From contig DAIDIT010000119.1 in assembly GCA_027451705.1 (NCBI GenBank), positions 2,012 to 66,011 of the forward strand: a stretch of DNA of 64,000 bases. Reading direction: 5' to 3'. The stretch comes from Pseudomonadota bacterium. GTDB lineage: Bacteria > Myxococcota > Myxococcia > Myxococcales > JAKAPL01. Position 1 is the first letter of the stretch, and each line of letters starts with the position of its first letter. The translations under genes were made by a program, and so were the position numbers. The notes beneath the pieces were generated by a model. The model had not been told where the DNA came from, searched no databases, and was given only the letters and a program-made list of their open reading frames with translations. This document shows, piece after piece, positions 1 through 9,514 of the stretch.

Positions 1-59
1 GAGAGGGCACGTCTCGAAGCGCGAGAGCCGCGTGTAGGAGAGCTGGATGTGTTCGCCCG

Positions 60-782
60 TCACGCGGGGCTCCCCTGCGCAGCGGGTGTGCGATCGAACG
101 CGGTCACGTGAGAGCCTGGGAAGGCGTCGAGCACGCGGCAAAGTGTCGCCACGTGCTCCGGCGTGATCTCCTTGCGGGGCTGGCCGGTGTAAGCGGGAAC
201 GAGCCAGATCTCGCCGACGGCCTCCGATCGGAGGCGAACCTCGACGCCGAGCGCCTTGAACGTCTCGATGTCCGCCGTCGTCAGGCCACGGAGCGACCTC
301 GCTCCAGGCGCCTCGGGGTTCGCAGGAACAATCCCTCGCGGCTGGGCTTCTCGCTTGGTGGCCGTCGAGCTTGTCGCTGCGGGCGGCGAGGAGACCGGGT
401 TCCCGAAGAGGTCCTTCGCAGACGCCGACGCCGATGCAGTTGGCCGACGGTGGCCGTTGACCTTCAGCCACTCCACGCACATGAACTCGTCGGAAAGCGC
501 GCATCCGCCGTTGGTGAGGTAGTGCCGGCACCGCTTGCCCTCACCGCGGACGTACTTCTCGCAGGTGATGCCCGCGGGTCTCCCATCCGTAACGCTGCTG
601 GTCGCCGCCATCGCGTCTCTGCTCCACGAGGCGCCGGACGGCGCCGTTGAAGAGGAAACGCGATCGGCGTCGGCGAATTGGGACGGGGGTGAGAGCTGAG
701 GCGGTGATCCCTGGACGGCATGCCGGACCAGCGTGAAGTCCGGCACGTGTCCGGCATCGAAGTCCGGCTGGACATTTCCCAA
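60..782 (-). CDS. hypothetical Cys-rich protein; start uncertain (in-frame ATG also at 611)
   Basis: 240-aa ORF with a four-Cys cluster CEKYVRGEGKRCRHYLTNGGCALSDEFMC. The first ~25 codons (PDF..PDF) are encoded by the AAGTCCGGC repeat array, so the upstream start is doubtful. Confidence 0.4.
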   Translation of the reverse strand: MGNVQPDFDAGHVPDFTLVRHAVQGSPPQLSPPSQFADADRVSSSTAPSGASWSRDAMAATSSVTDGRPAGITCEKYVRGEGKRCRHYLTNGGCALSDEFMCVEWLKVNGHRRPTASASASAKDLFGNPVSSPPAATSSTATKREAQPRGIVPANPEAPGARSLRGLTTADIETFKALGVEVRLRSEAVGEIWLVPAYTGQPRKEITPEHVATLCRVLDAFPGSHVTAFDRTPAAQGSPA

Positions 783-1020
783 GGCAATCAGTCGGTTAGG
801 CCAAACCGCCGGACTTGCCGGACTTGAAGTGCCCTTTCACGCGCGCGGGGGAAATTTCTTCTGGAGGTGGGGGTAGAGAAAAAAAGATCCCCCGTGATCA
901 AAAAAGGGAGGGGGTCAAGTCCGGCAAGTCCGGCAACGGCGGCAACCTGCCGCAGTGCTTGAGCTTTATCGCGCCGGACATGGTCGGGGTGAAGTCCGAC
1001 GCGAAGTCCGGCGTCCGGCA
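721..1020. repeat. iteron-like array of the 9-mer AAGTCCGGC (core GTCCGGC) flanking an A-rich stretch
   Basis: Forward copies at 736-744, 760-768, 917-925, 926-934 and 1004-1012, plus variant AAGTCCGAC at 992-1000. Reverse copies (GCCGGACTT) at 808-816 and 817-825. GTCCGGCA cores at 721-728 (reverse), 749-756 and 1013-1020. Tandem reverse and tandem forward pairs bracket an A-rich segment at about 875-908. Confidence 0.8.
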
Positions 1021-1099
1021 GACCGAGTCGCAGAACCAACAACCTCCGCGTGCCCGCCGGGCTACGGTATGCTCGTCGAAGCCCTCCAAGGCGAAGCTC

Positions 1100-1834
1100 A
1101 TGCCGAGCCAGAACGTTTCCGACTATCTTCGCGACCTCGCCAGTCGTGTCGCGCAGGATCTGTGGAAGGTCGCGAGGCGGGAGGTCACCAGCGCGAGGCT
1201 GGTGCTTCCCACCTACCGCGACGGCGGGACCCGGCTCAGCGAGCAGGAGGCGCGCTCGATCGCCCAGCGCATCGTGGCGGACGGCCCCTACTTCTTCTCG
1301 GTCGAGACGCCGACATTGGGGCGCCACAGCTTTACCGGCAAAGGCAAACGCCCACGGTCCGCGCAGCACGACATGAGCCTCTACGTCTCGCCGGCTGATC
1401 CCCCGGTCGCCCACATCGAGTTCAAGCAGGGGCACAAGTCGGACAAGGGCGGGAGCGGCGTTCAGGTCATCGCGAAGGATCTGGAGAAGCTCGTCAGCTC
1501 CGCTCGAGAGTCGTCCTCGCACTCCCTCTGGTTCCACTCGTTTCGGGAGCCAACGAAGAACGAGTTCAGCAAGCTGCAGGGTTTCTTCTCTAGGGCGCTG
1601 GCTGGGGCGGTGCTGAAGGCGACGCCGCCTACTGAGGCTCGCGTAGTCCTTGCGTTCTGTGCGGTCGTCGACGCCCCGGTGATCTGGCTTGCTGGCCCCG
1701 TGCCGTGGTCCGAGGTGCGTGGCCTGATCGATGGGTTCCCCGTGGTCGGCCAGGCTCACCCAGCCTGGAGCCGAATCGAGCCCGACCACCTCCTGGAACC
1801 GCCCGTTGCAGGTCTCAAGATCGAGGAGGAGTGA
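1100..1834 (+). CDS. hypothetical protein with a PD-(D/E)xK-like nuclease motif
   Basis: ATG at 1100 within the 815-1834 ORF. The motif HDMSLYVSPADPPVAHIEFKQG gives D-x16-E-x-K spacing typical of the restriction-endonuclease fold. It lies on the opposite strand to its neighbours. Confidence 0.45.
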   Translation: MPSQNVSDYLRDLASRVAQDLWKVARREVTSARLVLPTYRDGGTRLSEQEARSIAQRIVADGPYFFSVETPTLGRHSFTGKGKRPRSAQHDMSLYVSPADPPVAHIEFKQGHKSDKGGSGVQVIAKDLEKLVSSARESSSHSLWFHSFREPTKNEFSKLQGFFSRALAGAVLKATPPTEARVVLAFCAVVDAPVIWLAGPVPWSEVRGLIDGFPVVGQAHPAWSRIEPDHLLEPPVAGLKIEEE

Positions 1835-1838
1835 AGCG

Positions 1839-2366
1839 ATGCCACGGCCGAGTGACGACCTCCCAGCGGCCAGCGTTTCGAGGGGTTCGATGAGAGCCTA
1901 CGCGATGAGCTTCGACGGCGCGTTGCTCAGGCGCGGGTTCTGGCTCTACGTCTGGCGCATCACGACCGGCGATCGGACAGCGCTTTACGTGGGCCGTACG
2001 GGCGACACCTCGTCGCCCAACGCGTCGTCTCCGTTCAAACGAATCGGACAGCACCTCGACGGCGGGCCGAACGCGAAGGGCAATGCGCTGGCGCGACAAC
2101 TGACTCGGGCGGGGCTCGCGCCAGAGAACTGCACGTTCGAGATGGTCGCGGTGGGACCGCTGTTCCCGGAGCAGGACGACATGGAGCGGCACCGAGCTGT
2201 TCGCGACCAGGCGGCCGCGCTGGAGCGGGCCCTTGCCGATCATCTTCGCACCGCCGGGCACGAGGTCCTCGGTGATCATCCGCGCGCAGCGGAATACGAC
2301 GATGCGCTCTTCCGAGAAGTCATCCGGATCGTCGATGAACGGCTGGCCAACCCGGGCCGCCCATAG
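1839..2366 (+). CDS. GIY-YIG-like nuclease superfamily protein (tentative)
   Basis: ATG at 1839 is preceded by GGAGGA. WLYVWRI-x8-LYVGRTG resembles GIY-x10-YIG, followed by FKRIGQH (R..H) and FEMVAV (E). It starts 4 nt after the previous stop. Confidence 0.4.
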   Translation: MPRPSDDLPAASVSRGSMRAYAMSFDGALLRRGFWLYVWRITTGDRTALYVGRTGDTSSPNASSPFKRIGQHLDGGPNAKGNALARQLTRAGLAPENCTFEMVAVGPLFPEQDDMERHRAVRDQAAALERALADHLRTAGHEVLGDHPRAAEYDDALFREVIRIVDERLANPGRP

Positions 2367-2381
2367 ATCGCAAGAGTGCAG

Positions 2382-5348
2382 CTAGTGCCAAGGGTCGCCG
2401 ACGTGGCGATCGTCCTCGTCGGTCGTCTCCGGCGCCTGAGGCGACGCTGGTGCTTCCCCGACCCGTTGGAGCGCGTAGAGGGTCCGCTTCTTCCGGTCCT
2501 GGTTCACGATGACCACCTGGAGGTCACCGAAGACGCGGTCCCGCGCACTCTGCAGGGCGCGGCCGAGGCGGCTCTGCTGCGAGCGCGCGCTGCCGTCGCC
2601 GCGGGCGGCCAGCATGAGGTCCTGCTTCTCGCAGAGGTCGGTGAGGTCCGAGACATGCGTCGGCGTGGCGCCCTGGGCTTCCCACCACGCCAGGGTGAAT
2701 TCCCGCCACGCCTCGCCCTCGACGTCCGCGTTCGTGTACAGGTCATCGAGGTTGTCCAGGAAGCCGCCGACGCCCGAGACCTGAAGAATGCCGCCCATCA
2801 CCGCGGCCCAGTGCTCGAAGGAGCCGAGGCGCTCGCGCGAGAAAGGCCGCCCGGCCGCGAGCCATGCCTGGACGAGAACCAGAGCGGCTCGCACGAGCTC
2901 GTCTCGGCTCGCCCGGGTCCAGGAGATGATCGGATCATGCTTGAACCCCGACCGCCGCCACGCTCGGTCCTGCTTTGGGTCAATGCGGATCCGAATCGCG
3001 CGTCGGGCGATGTCCTTGGAAAGCTTCGGGTTGTTGCCGGTCAGCATCCACATCGCCACGTTCGGCACGGTCAGCATCTCGGTTCGGCCAAGGATCCGGT
3101 CGGTCCAAGAGGGTGCGGTGAGCACCGACGCGAGCGGTGGAGCGGCCAGCGTCAGCTTCTCGTTCGCGTTGTCGAGCAGGATGATCGGCCGGGCCTTCGA
3201 CAGCTCGGCCGTGAGCATCTTGCGGATCTCCTCGTCGACGTCCGGCAGCGTGCGGGCGTCACACGGCTCGCCGGTCACCACCATCGAGACGAGGTTGCAG
3301 AGCAGCCCCTTGCCGCAGCCGACGGCCGGCGCCTCGACGACGTGCAGGGGCGTGCAGCCGTCGATCATCCGCCGCACGAAGGGCAGTAGCACCGCCGCCA
3401 GCGCGTGGGCGCGGTCGCTCGGCGCCGCGAATGGGAAGTCGACGAAGAGATCATCGAAGAAGAGCGACCGCGCGACCGCCACCTGGTCCGGCGTTGGGGC
3501 CTCCGGTATCTCACCCACGTTGAGAGACGGGTCCACCTCGAGCCAGAGGCGCTCGCGCGGATGGAGCCCAGGTGAAGCCACGAGCTGGCCGTCGCGCCCA
3601 AAGACCGGCGTCGTGATGACCGACTCAACCGCGGGGAGCCCAGGCGGCGGGTACGCGATCAGGTCGCGCGCCACGTCCTTCGGCGGGAAGACGGCACGCT
3701 TGCCTTCTTCCGTTTCCTGCACCCAGTCGGCCTCACGCAGGAGCACGCCGAAGATGCTCACCTCATCGAGGTCGGCGAGCATCGGCGCACCCTTCGTGGG
3801 GCGGTCGAGACGAGCGAGTGAGCTGCCATGCCGGAAGAGCGGGGCCGCGTCGTTCTCGAAGGGAGAGACGGCAGCGACCTGGATGCGCCGTTCGTTCGCG
3901 TGGGTCAAGGCCACCCGTGCGTCGACGACGATGGCGCGAAGTTGACGGCCGCCCACGCTGATCTCCGGAAGGCTGCTCGCAGCGGACCGCGCGGCGACCG
4001 CCTCGACCTTCCTCGCGACCGTGAGATCCCGGACCCGCGCGGTCAACGCGCGGCGGCGGACTCCAAACTTCGCGGTCGTCGCGTCGAGGATCGCGTCGGC
4101 CCGGATGGTCGAGCAACTCGTGAGCGACGCCAGGACGGGCTCCAGCAGTCGGTCCAGGTCCCCCTTGGGCGCGTCACCTGGAATCACATCGAGCAGGTGC
4201 TCTGGATAGGCCTTCGCCGAGGCGAGCACTGCGCGCAACGCCTCCGGTCCCTGGGTCGCGACGAGCTCGTTGACGTCGATCTTCTCCTTGCCGTCCGGCC
4301 TTGGGATGACCGCCAGTCGAGCGTCTCGACCCTCGGCCCAGAGCGCCGCGGCGGTCTCGCGCGCGCCGGCCTCGCCGGCGCCGCTGGTCTCGGAGTCGTT
4401 GCAGACGACCACCCGGCTCGCATGCCGCGTGAGCGTCAGGAGCTTGGGAACGTCCTGCTTCCGAAAGCGTGTGGTGACGGGCGAGATGCAGGGGATGCCG
4501 GCCTGCATCGCGCTGATGCAATCGGTGACACCCTCGGTGATGAGAAGCTCGTCGGCGCCGCGGGCGGCATCCTCGTTGTAGAAGCAGTCGTTCGCGACGG
4601 CGGGAGAGACGTAGTCGTGCCGATCCGAACGGGTGAGGAGCTTCTTGTACTTCGACTTCTCCCACTCCTCATCGCCGGTGTACTCGGTCGCCCGCGCGAT
4701 GAAGTAGGTGACCTGTCCCCCCTTCCAGTAGGGGAAGACGAGGCGCTCGCGGAAGAAGTCCTCGACGCGGCCGCCGGCAAGCACAACGAAGAGGCCGGTC
4801 TTGAGCGCCACCTCGCGGGAGGCTCGAAGAACGTCGCACACGTACTCGAAGAGGTGGCCGTCAGCCCATCCCAGCTTCAGCGCGTCGATCGTCTCGTCGG
4901 TGAAGCCGTAGTGCCCACGGAAGATCTCCTCCCGAATCTTGGTCGGCAGGATCTGGTGGTAGTGGGCGGCAGCCGCCGTCAGGAGACGCTGGGCCTCGCG
5001 CCGCTCGACGAGCAGCTCGAGCTCGCGCTGGAACGATTCGTCGTCCTGGTTTGGGCGGCGTAAGCCGGCGCGCTCCGCGAGCTGGAACAGCGCTTCCTTG
5101 AAACCGATCTTGTGGCGCTCCTGGACGTAGGCAAACACGTCGCCGCCAAGACCGCCACCGTTCGAGAAGTCGTGCCAGCTCTGCGTTGCCGGCCAGACGA
5201 CGAACGACGGGTTGGTCTCCGCGTGGAACGGCGAGAGCGCCTTCAGCGTGCTGCCGGACGGCGTGAGAGCCAGGTCGGCGCCGATCACCTCGACGATGTC
5301 CGAACGGGCACGGACCTCTTCGATGAAGGTCCTGAAATCGAGGTTCAT
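2382..5348 (-). CDS. primase-helicase: DnaG-like N-terminal domain, TOPRIM, and P4/D5-type P-loop NTPase
   Basis: LSPFHAETNPSFVVW...WHDFSNGGGLGGDVF aligns to the CHC2 zinc-finger region of DnaG, but the Cys ligands are replaced. TOPRIM: LLITEGVTDCISAMQ and VVVCNDSETSG. Walker A: EAPAVGCGKGLL. The ATGA overlaps the upstream gene stop. Confidence 0.8.
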   Translation of the reverse strand: MNLDFRTFIEEVRARSDIVEVIGADLALTPSGSTLKALSPFHAETNPSFVVWPATQSWHDFSNGGGLGGDVFAYVQERHKIGFKEALFQLAERAGLRRPNQDDESFQRELELLVERREAQRLLTAAAAHYHQILPTKIREEIFRGHYGFTDETIDALKLGWADGHLFEYVCDVLRASREVALKTGLFVVLAGGRVEDFFRERLVFPYWKGGQVTYFIARATEYTGDEEWEKSKYKKLLTRSDRHDYVSPAVANDCFYNEDAARGADELLITEGVTDCISAMQAGIPCISPVTTRFRKQDVPKLLTLTRHASRVVVCNDSETSGAGEAGARETAAALWAEGRDARLAVIPRPDGKEKIDVNELVATQGPEALRAVLASAKAYPEHLLDVIPGDAPKGDLDRLLEPVLASLTSCSTIRADAILDATTAKFGVRRRALTARVRDLTVARKVEAVAARSAASSLPEISVGGRQLRAIVVDARVALTHANERRIQVAAVSPFENDAAPLFRHGSSLARLDRPTKGAPMLADLDEVSIFGVLLREADWVQETEEGKRAVFPPKDVARDLIAYPPPGLPAVESVITTPVFGRDGQLVASPGLHPRERLWLEVDPSLNVGEIPEAPTPDQVAVARSLFFDDLFVDFPFAAPSDRAHALAAVLLPFVRRMIDGCTPLHVVEAPAVGCGKGLLCNLVSMVVTGEPCDARTLPDVDEEIRKMLTAELSKARPIILLDNANEKLTLAAPPLASVLTAPSWTDRILGRTEMLTVPNVAMWMLTGNNPKLSKDIARRAIRIRIDPKQDRAWRRSGFKHDPIISWTRASRDELVRAALVLVQAWLAAGRPFSRERLGSFEHWAAVMGGILQVSGVGGFLDNLDDLYTNADVEGEAWREFTLAWWEAQGATPTHVSDLTDLCEKQDLMLAARGDGSARSQQSRLGRALQSARDRVFGDLQVVIVNQDRKKRTLYALQRVGEAPASPQAPETTDEDDRHVGDPWH

Positions 5349-6733
5349 CGGGCACGCGTCTCTCTCGCGCTACCGAGCACCTCGGCGTAGAGCCGCCGCC
5401 GCTCCACGTGGTGCCGGCGGAGCACGGGGACCTTCGCGTCCACGAAGTCGAAGAGGACGGCGTCGGTCTTGCCCGGGTGCGCGCGCATCAGCCGCCCGAG
5501 GCGCTGGAGCGTTCGCCCGCGCGCCCGGCCCGGATACGCGAGGAAGACCCGCGAGAGCGCTGGTAGGTCGAGCCCCTCGTCGGCGAGGGTCGTCGCGACC
5601 AGCACCGGCACCTTGCCCGCCCGCGCCGCGTCGAGCAGCTCCTTTCGGCGCTCCTTCTTCACCTTGCCGGTGAGCAGCTCGGCGCCGACGCCGCGCGTCC
5701 GGAGCCTGGTCACGAGCGATTGACAGTGGTCGATGCGCCCCGAGAGGACGAGGCACAGGTGGCCCGCCTGGGCCTCGGCCGCCACCGTGCCTGCGACGAG
5801 CTCGTTCCGGGCCTCGTCGCGCACCAGACCGTCGAGGAGGCGCGCGTAGTCGTCGGCGGATTCGTAGGAAAAGGCGAAGCCGGTCTCGATCACGCGGACA
5901 TCGGGCAACTTCAGAATGCCGGCGGCGACGAGCTCATCGTGGCTGACCGTCGCGATCGGTTGACCGAGGAAGAGGTCGAGGAGCGGCGACAGACCATCCT
6001 CGCGCTCGGGCGTCGCGGTGAGGCCGAAGCGGTAGCGGGCCGGGCAGCGATCCACGACGCCGCGGAAGGTGGTGCTGGGGCAGTGGTGCGCCTCGTCGAG
6101 AAGGAGCAACCCGAAGGTCGCAAGGAAGGCGTCGAGTTGCCCCGGTCCGAAGCGCGTCAGCGTTTGGACGAGCGCAATCGTGATCGGCGCGAGCGCCGTT
6201 CGACCATCACCCACGACAGCCGCCTCGATGCCCAGAAGATCATGGACCTGCTCGCGCCACTGCTCGGCGAGATCGTGGGTGTGCACCAGAATGAGCGCGG
6301 GCGTAGCAAGGTGGGCGACCGCTCCGATCCCGATGCGCGTCTTCCCGCCACCACACGGCACGACGACCAGGCCCTGCGTGACTGCCGCCATCGCGGCAAC
6401 GGCGCGCTCCTGGTACGGCCGCAGCGGCGGGTTCCGCAGCGGCGAGAGCAGCTCGGCTGGCCGCGTGCGGCGGTCCTCGCAGCAGATGGTCAGTCCCGCG
6501 GCGGCGGCGAGCTGCCGCAGCGTTTGAATCGCGCCTCGGGGTAGCCGAAGACCGTCAACGGCTTCCTCGACGAAGCACAGCCGCTCCGGAACGGCCCGGG
6601 TCGATAGGCCGAGCCGCAGGCGGTCCAGGTACTCTGGATTCTGGAAAGAGAGCGCGCGCTGCAGCCGCTCCGCGAGCTTTGGCGAGAGGTCGGACCCCGC
6701 AAGATGGATGCCGGAATCAACCAGCGCCCGCAT
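5345..6733 (-). CDS. SF2 DEAD/DEAH-box helicase (XPB/Rad25 or type III Res-like)
   Basis: Motifs VVVPCGGGKT, LLLDEAHHCPS, GLTATPERED, VATTLADEGLDLP and GRARGRTLQRLGR. Confidence 0.8.
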   Translation of the reverse strand: MRALVDSGIHLAGSDLSPKLAERLQRALSFQNPEYLDRLRLGLSTRAVPERLCFVEEAVDGLRLPRGAIQTLRQLAAAAGLTICCEDRRTRPAELLSPLRNPPLRPYQERAVAAMAAVTQGLVVVPCGGGKTRIGIGAVAHLATPALILVHTHDLAEQWREQVHDLLGIEAAVVGDGRTALAPITIALVQTLTRFGPGQLDAFLATFGLLLLDEAHHCPSTTFRGVVDRCPARYRFGLTATPEREDGLSPLLDLFLGQPIATVSHDELVAAGILKLPDVRVIETGFAFSYESADDYARLLDGLVRDEARNELVAGTVAAEAQAGHLCLVLSGRIDHCQSLVTRLRTRGVGAELLTGKVKKERRKELLDAARAGKVPVLVATTLADEGLDLPALSRVFLAYPGRARGRTLQRLGRLMRAHPGKTDAVLFDFVDAKVPVLRRHHVERRRLYAEVLGSARETRAR

Positions 6734-8651
6734 CGGCCGCCTCCGCGAGGAACCGCGCGATGCTGTCGAGCTTGCGCGACGTCAGCATGGGCGGAAGGCT
6801 CCTGAGGAACCGCCGCCCGTACGCTTTCTCGGCAATGCGCCGGTCAAGGATTACAGCCACGCCGACATCCTTCTGCGACCGGATGAGCCGCCCGACGCCC
6901 TGGCGCAGCAAGATGATGGCGCGCGGAACCAGGTAGCCATCGAAGGCCCGGCGGTCGCGGGCGCAGATGGCATCCACGACCGGGTCGTCCATGTTCGGGA
7001 AGGGCAGCTTGTCGATGACAAGGCCGGTCAGCGCCTCGCCGGGCACGTCGATGCCGGTCCAGAAGCTCTCGGTGCCGAGCAGCACCGAGGAGACGTCCTC
7101 CTTGAAGATCCGCGTGAGCTCGGTGCGCGGCAGCTCGCCCTGCCGCAGAACGCGGTGGCCGTTCCTCGAGATGCGCTCGTAGACCGCGTTTAGGTTGCGG
7201 TACGAGGTGAAGAGGCCCAGCGTTCGACCGTTGCACGCGTCGATCACCTGCTTCACGGCCGCTGCGACCGCGTCGATGAAGCCCGACTCACGCGGGTCGG
7301 GCAGCCCCTCGGGCACGATGAGCAGCGCCTGCTTCTCGAAGTCGAATGGCGACTCGGCGACCAGCTCGAGTGCATCCGCGGGGGCGCCCACCTCGCCGCG
7401 GATGAAGTCGAACGTTCCGGCGGTGGTCATCGTCGCCGAGACCAAGCTCACGGACTCTGTCCGCTCGAACAGCTCTGCCCGCAGGAGGTCGGCGACCTGG
7501 ATCGGCTTCCCGCCGAGCTTTGCCCGGCCCTTCCCGTCGAGATCGATGAAGTAGACCTTGTTCGAGTCCGAGAGACCGGTGACCTCGCGGAGACGGGCAG
7601 CGGCAACCTCCGCCTGACGCCGCACGAGGCGCGCCTTCGCCCGCTTGTCACGTTCTTCGGATTCGTCCTCTTCGACCGCCGCGGCGTGCGTCGCGAGATG
7701 GCCGAGCGCGCCGAGAAGCCTTGCCGGCACGGGCAGCATGGGGGACTTGAGCCTGCACTTGTAGGCGGGTGAGCGGGCGCACCGCGCCGCGACGCCGAAG
7801 AAGTCGGCGGCCTCGCGACGTAGCTCCTCGCCGAGCTTCTTCTTGCCGCGCTCGTCGGCGGCGCGCGCGAGGCGCGTGATGGTGTACTCGGAGACGGAGA
7901 AGCCGAAGAAGTCGCGAGCGATGTCGGCGGCCTCGTGGGCCTCGTCGAGAACCAGGAAGTCGAACGTCGGCAGAACGAGGTCCAGGCCGGTCTCCCGGCG
8001 CACCGCGAGGTGGGCGAAGAGCAGGTGGTAGTTCGTGACGACGATGTCGGCCTCGGCTGCGGCGGCCTTCGCGCGCTCCGAGAAGCACGTCTCGCGGAAG
8101 TGGCAGCCGTCACCCTTGCAGTCGTCCGAGCCCACCGAGAAGCGCGACCAGGCGAGCGGCAACGGGACGAACCGAACCTCCGAGACGTCGCCGGTGGTCG
8201 TCTGGCCGGCCCAGGCGACAAGTTGCTGGACCTGCCGCTCCATCTCGTCCTGAACGAGGCCGGCAAGCTCGCCGCGCGCCTCGCTCTCCGCCATTCGGTC
8301 GAGGCAGAGATAGTTGTTGCGGCCTTTGAGCAGCGTGAACGTGAACTTCCAGGGCAGGACCTCTGCGAGCAACGGCAGGTCCTTGGTGACGAGCTGCTCC
8401 TGGAGCGCGATGTTGGCGGTCGCGATGACGACGCGCTTCTTCCCGTGGTGCGCGTGCCAGACGGCAGGCACGCCATACGCGACGCCCTTGCCGGTGCCGC
8501 AGGGGCCCTCGCCGAGGGCATGGCGCCCCTCACGCATGGCCTGATCGACCATGCGGGCGAGCGCGACCTGTCCGTCGCGCGGTTCGTATCCGGGGAAGCG
8601 CTGGGCGAGCAGACCCGCCGCGCCAAAGACTTCGTTCAAGTAGTCGTTCAT
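6717..8651 (-). CDS. DinG/XPD (Rad3)-family helicase with Fe-S cluster cysteines
   Basis: GEGPCGTGKGVAYGVP (Walker A), LVLDEAHEA (DEAH), and Cys set YLCLD / DDCKGDGCHFRETCF. Confidence 0.8.
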   Translation of the reverse strand: MNDYLNEVFGAAGLLAQRFPGYEPRDGQVALARMVDQAMREGRHALGEGPCGTGKGVAYGVPAVWHAHHGKKRVVIATANIALQEQLVTKDLPLLAEVLPWKFTFTLLKGRNNYLCLDRMAESEARGELAGLVQDEMERQVQQLVAWAGQTTTGDVSEVRFVPLPLAWSRFSVGSDDCKGDGCHFRETCFSERAKAAAAEADIVVTNYHLLFAHLAVRRETGLDLVLPTFDFLVLDEAHEAADIARDFFGFSVSEYTITRLARAADERGKKKLGEELRREAADFFGVAARCARSPAYKCRLKSPMLPVPARLLGALGHLATHAAAVEEDESEERDKRAKARLVRRQAEVAAARLREVTGLSDSNKVYFIDLDGKGRAKLGGKPIQVADLLRAELFERTESVSLVSATMTTAGTFDFIRGEVGAPADALELVAESPFDFEKQALLIVPEGLPDPRESGFIDAVAAAVKQVIDACNGRTLGLFTSYRNLNAVYERISRNGHRVLRQGELPRTELTRIFKEDVSSVLLGTESFWTGIDVPGEALTGLVIDKLPFPNMDDPVVDAICARDRRAFDGYLVPRAIILLRQGVGRLIRSQKDVGVAVILDRRIAEKAYGRRFLRSLPPMLTSRKLDSIARFLAEAADAGAG

Positions 8652-8762
8652 GGGATCACGCCTGGGACGGTTCCCCTCCGACCGGCGGAAGCACGGGCCT
8701 GCGGTTGGCTCCGCCCAGCACGTGCCTTCCGCCGTCGGAGAAGTCGGTTCCCCGGGGTCGGT

Positions 8763-9512
8763 TCAGGCGAAGGGATCCCGGTCGGGCGTGGCCGCCGCCG
8801 GCGCCGTGTACTCCGAGGCGAGCACCTCGATGAAGGCGCGCGCCTTCTCGACCTGCGCGCTCGGCAGCTCCTTGATGCGCTCGACGCAGAACTTCTTGCA
8901 GAAGCGATCGACCGCCTCGCGCGGCATCGTCTTGAGCTGGGTCATCAGCGCCTGCGCGGTGCCGGCGTCGATGTGGGCGGTCTCCTTCCGATCGTAGCTG
9001 CCGAGCGCGCCGCCGGGGGCGGCACCGCCGCCGCCCGGTTCCCCGCCGCCGGGCCCGTAGAGCTTCTCGAGGTCCTGCAGCGGAAGCGCCTGGAACTCCT
9101 TCTGCTGCTCGGGGGTCAGCTGATGCTCGGGCAGGATCGAGTACGTGGTCTTCGGGTCCTTCGCGGCGCCGTGGCGCTGCACCTCGAAGGCCCACTTCTC
9201 GAGCCCGTACTTCTGCCGCACCCGTACGAGGTCCTTGAAGAACGTCACGCCCTGTTCGAGGACCTTGACCTCCTTCGTTTCGAAGAGCGCGACACTGAGC
9301 GCAACGCGCAGCGACGGCTTCTGCCCCTGCGCCTTCAGCTTCTCGTCGAACGGCATGTACTTGCCGTCGATGAAGCAGACCTCGCGGGGAAAGGGCTCGC
9401 CGAGGAAGACGATCACGGCCTTGTCGCCGTCGCCCGCGAGCTTGAGCCAGGTGCTCGAATCCTGGTCGTGCTTCTTCGCCAACTCCTCCGTCTGCTCCCA
9501 CTTGCTTGCCAT
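8763..9512 (-). CDS. hypothetical phage-type protein, possibly ssDNA-binding
   Basis: The start ATG at 9512 (MASKWEQ) was chosen over the longer ORF. It has a Gly/Pro-rich linker GPGGGEPGGGGAAPGG and a C-terminal ...DRDPFA tail reminiscent of SSB acidic tips. The function is an inference only. Confidence 0.5.
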   Translation of the reverse strand: MASKWEQTEELAKKHDQDSSTWLKLAGDGDKAVIVFLGEPFPREVCFIDGKYMPFDEKLKAQGQKPSLRVALSVALFETKEVKVLEQGVTFFKDLVRVRQKYGLEKWAFEVQRHGAAKDPKTTYSILPEHQLTPEQQKEFQALPLQDLEKLYGPGGGEPGGGGAAPGGALGSYDRKETAHIDAGTAQALMTQLKTMPREAVDRFCKKFCVERIKELPSAQVEKARAFIEVLASEYTAPAAATPDRDPFA

Positions 9513-9514
9513 GG

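Noticed and set aside
8678-8738. Long-range stem CCGACCGGCGGAAG / CTTCCGCC-GTCGG with a 34-nt loop between the SSB-like and DinG-like genes.
   Set aside because: It is plausibly just an intercistronic RNA structure. It has one bulge and no further supporting feature, so it was not pursued.
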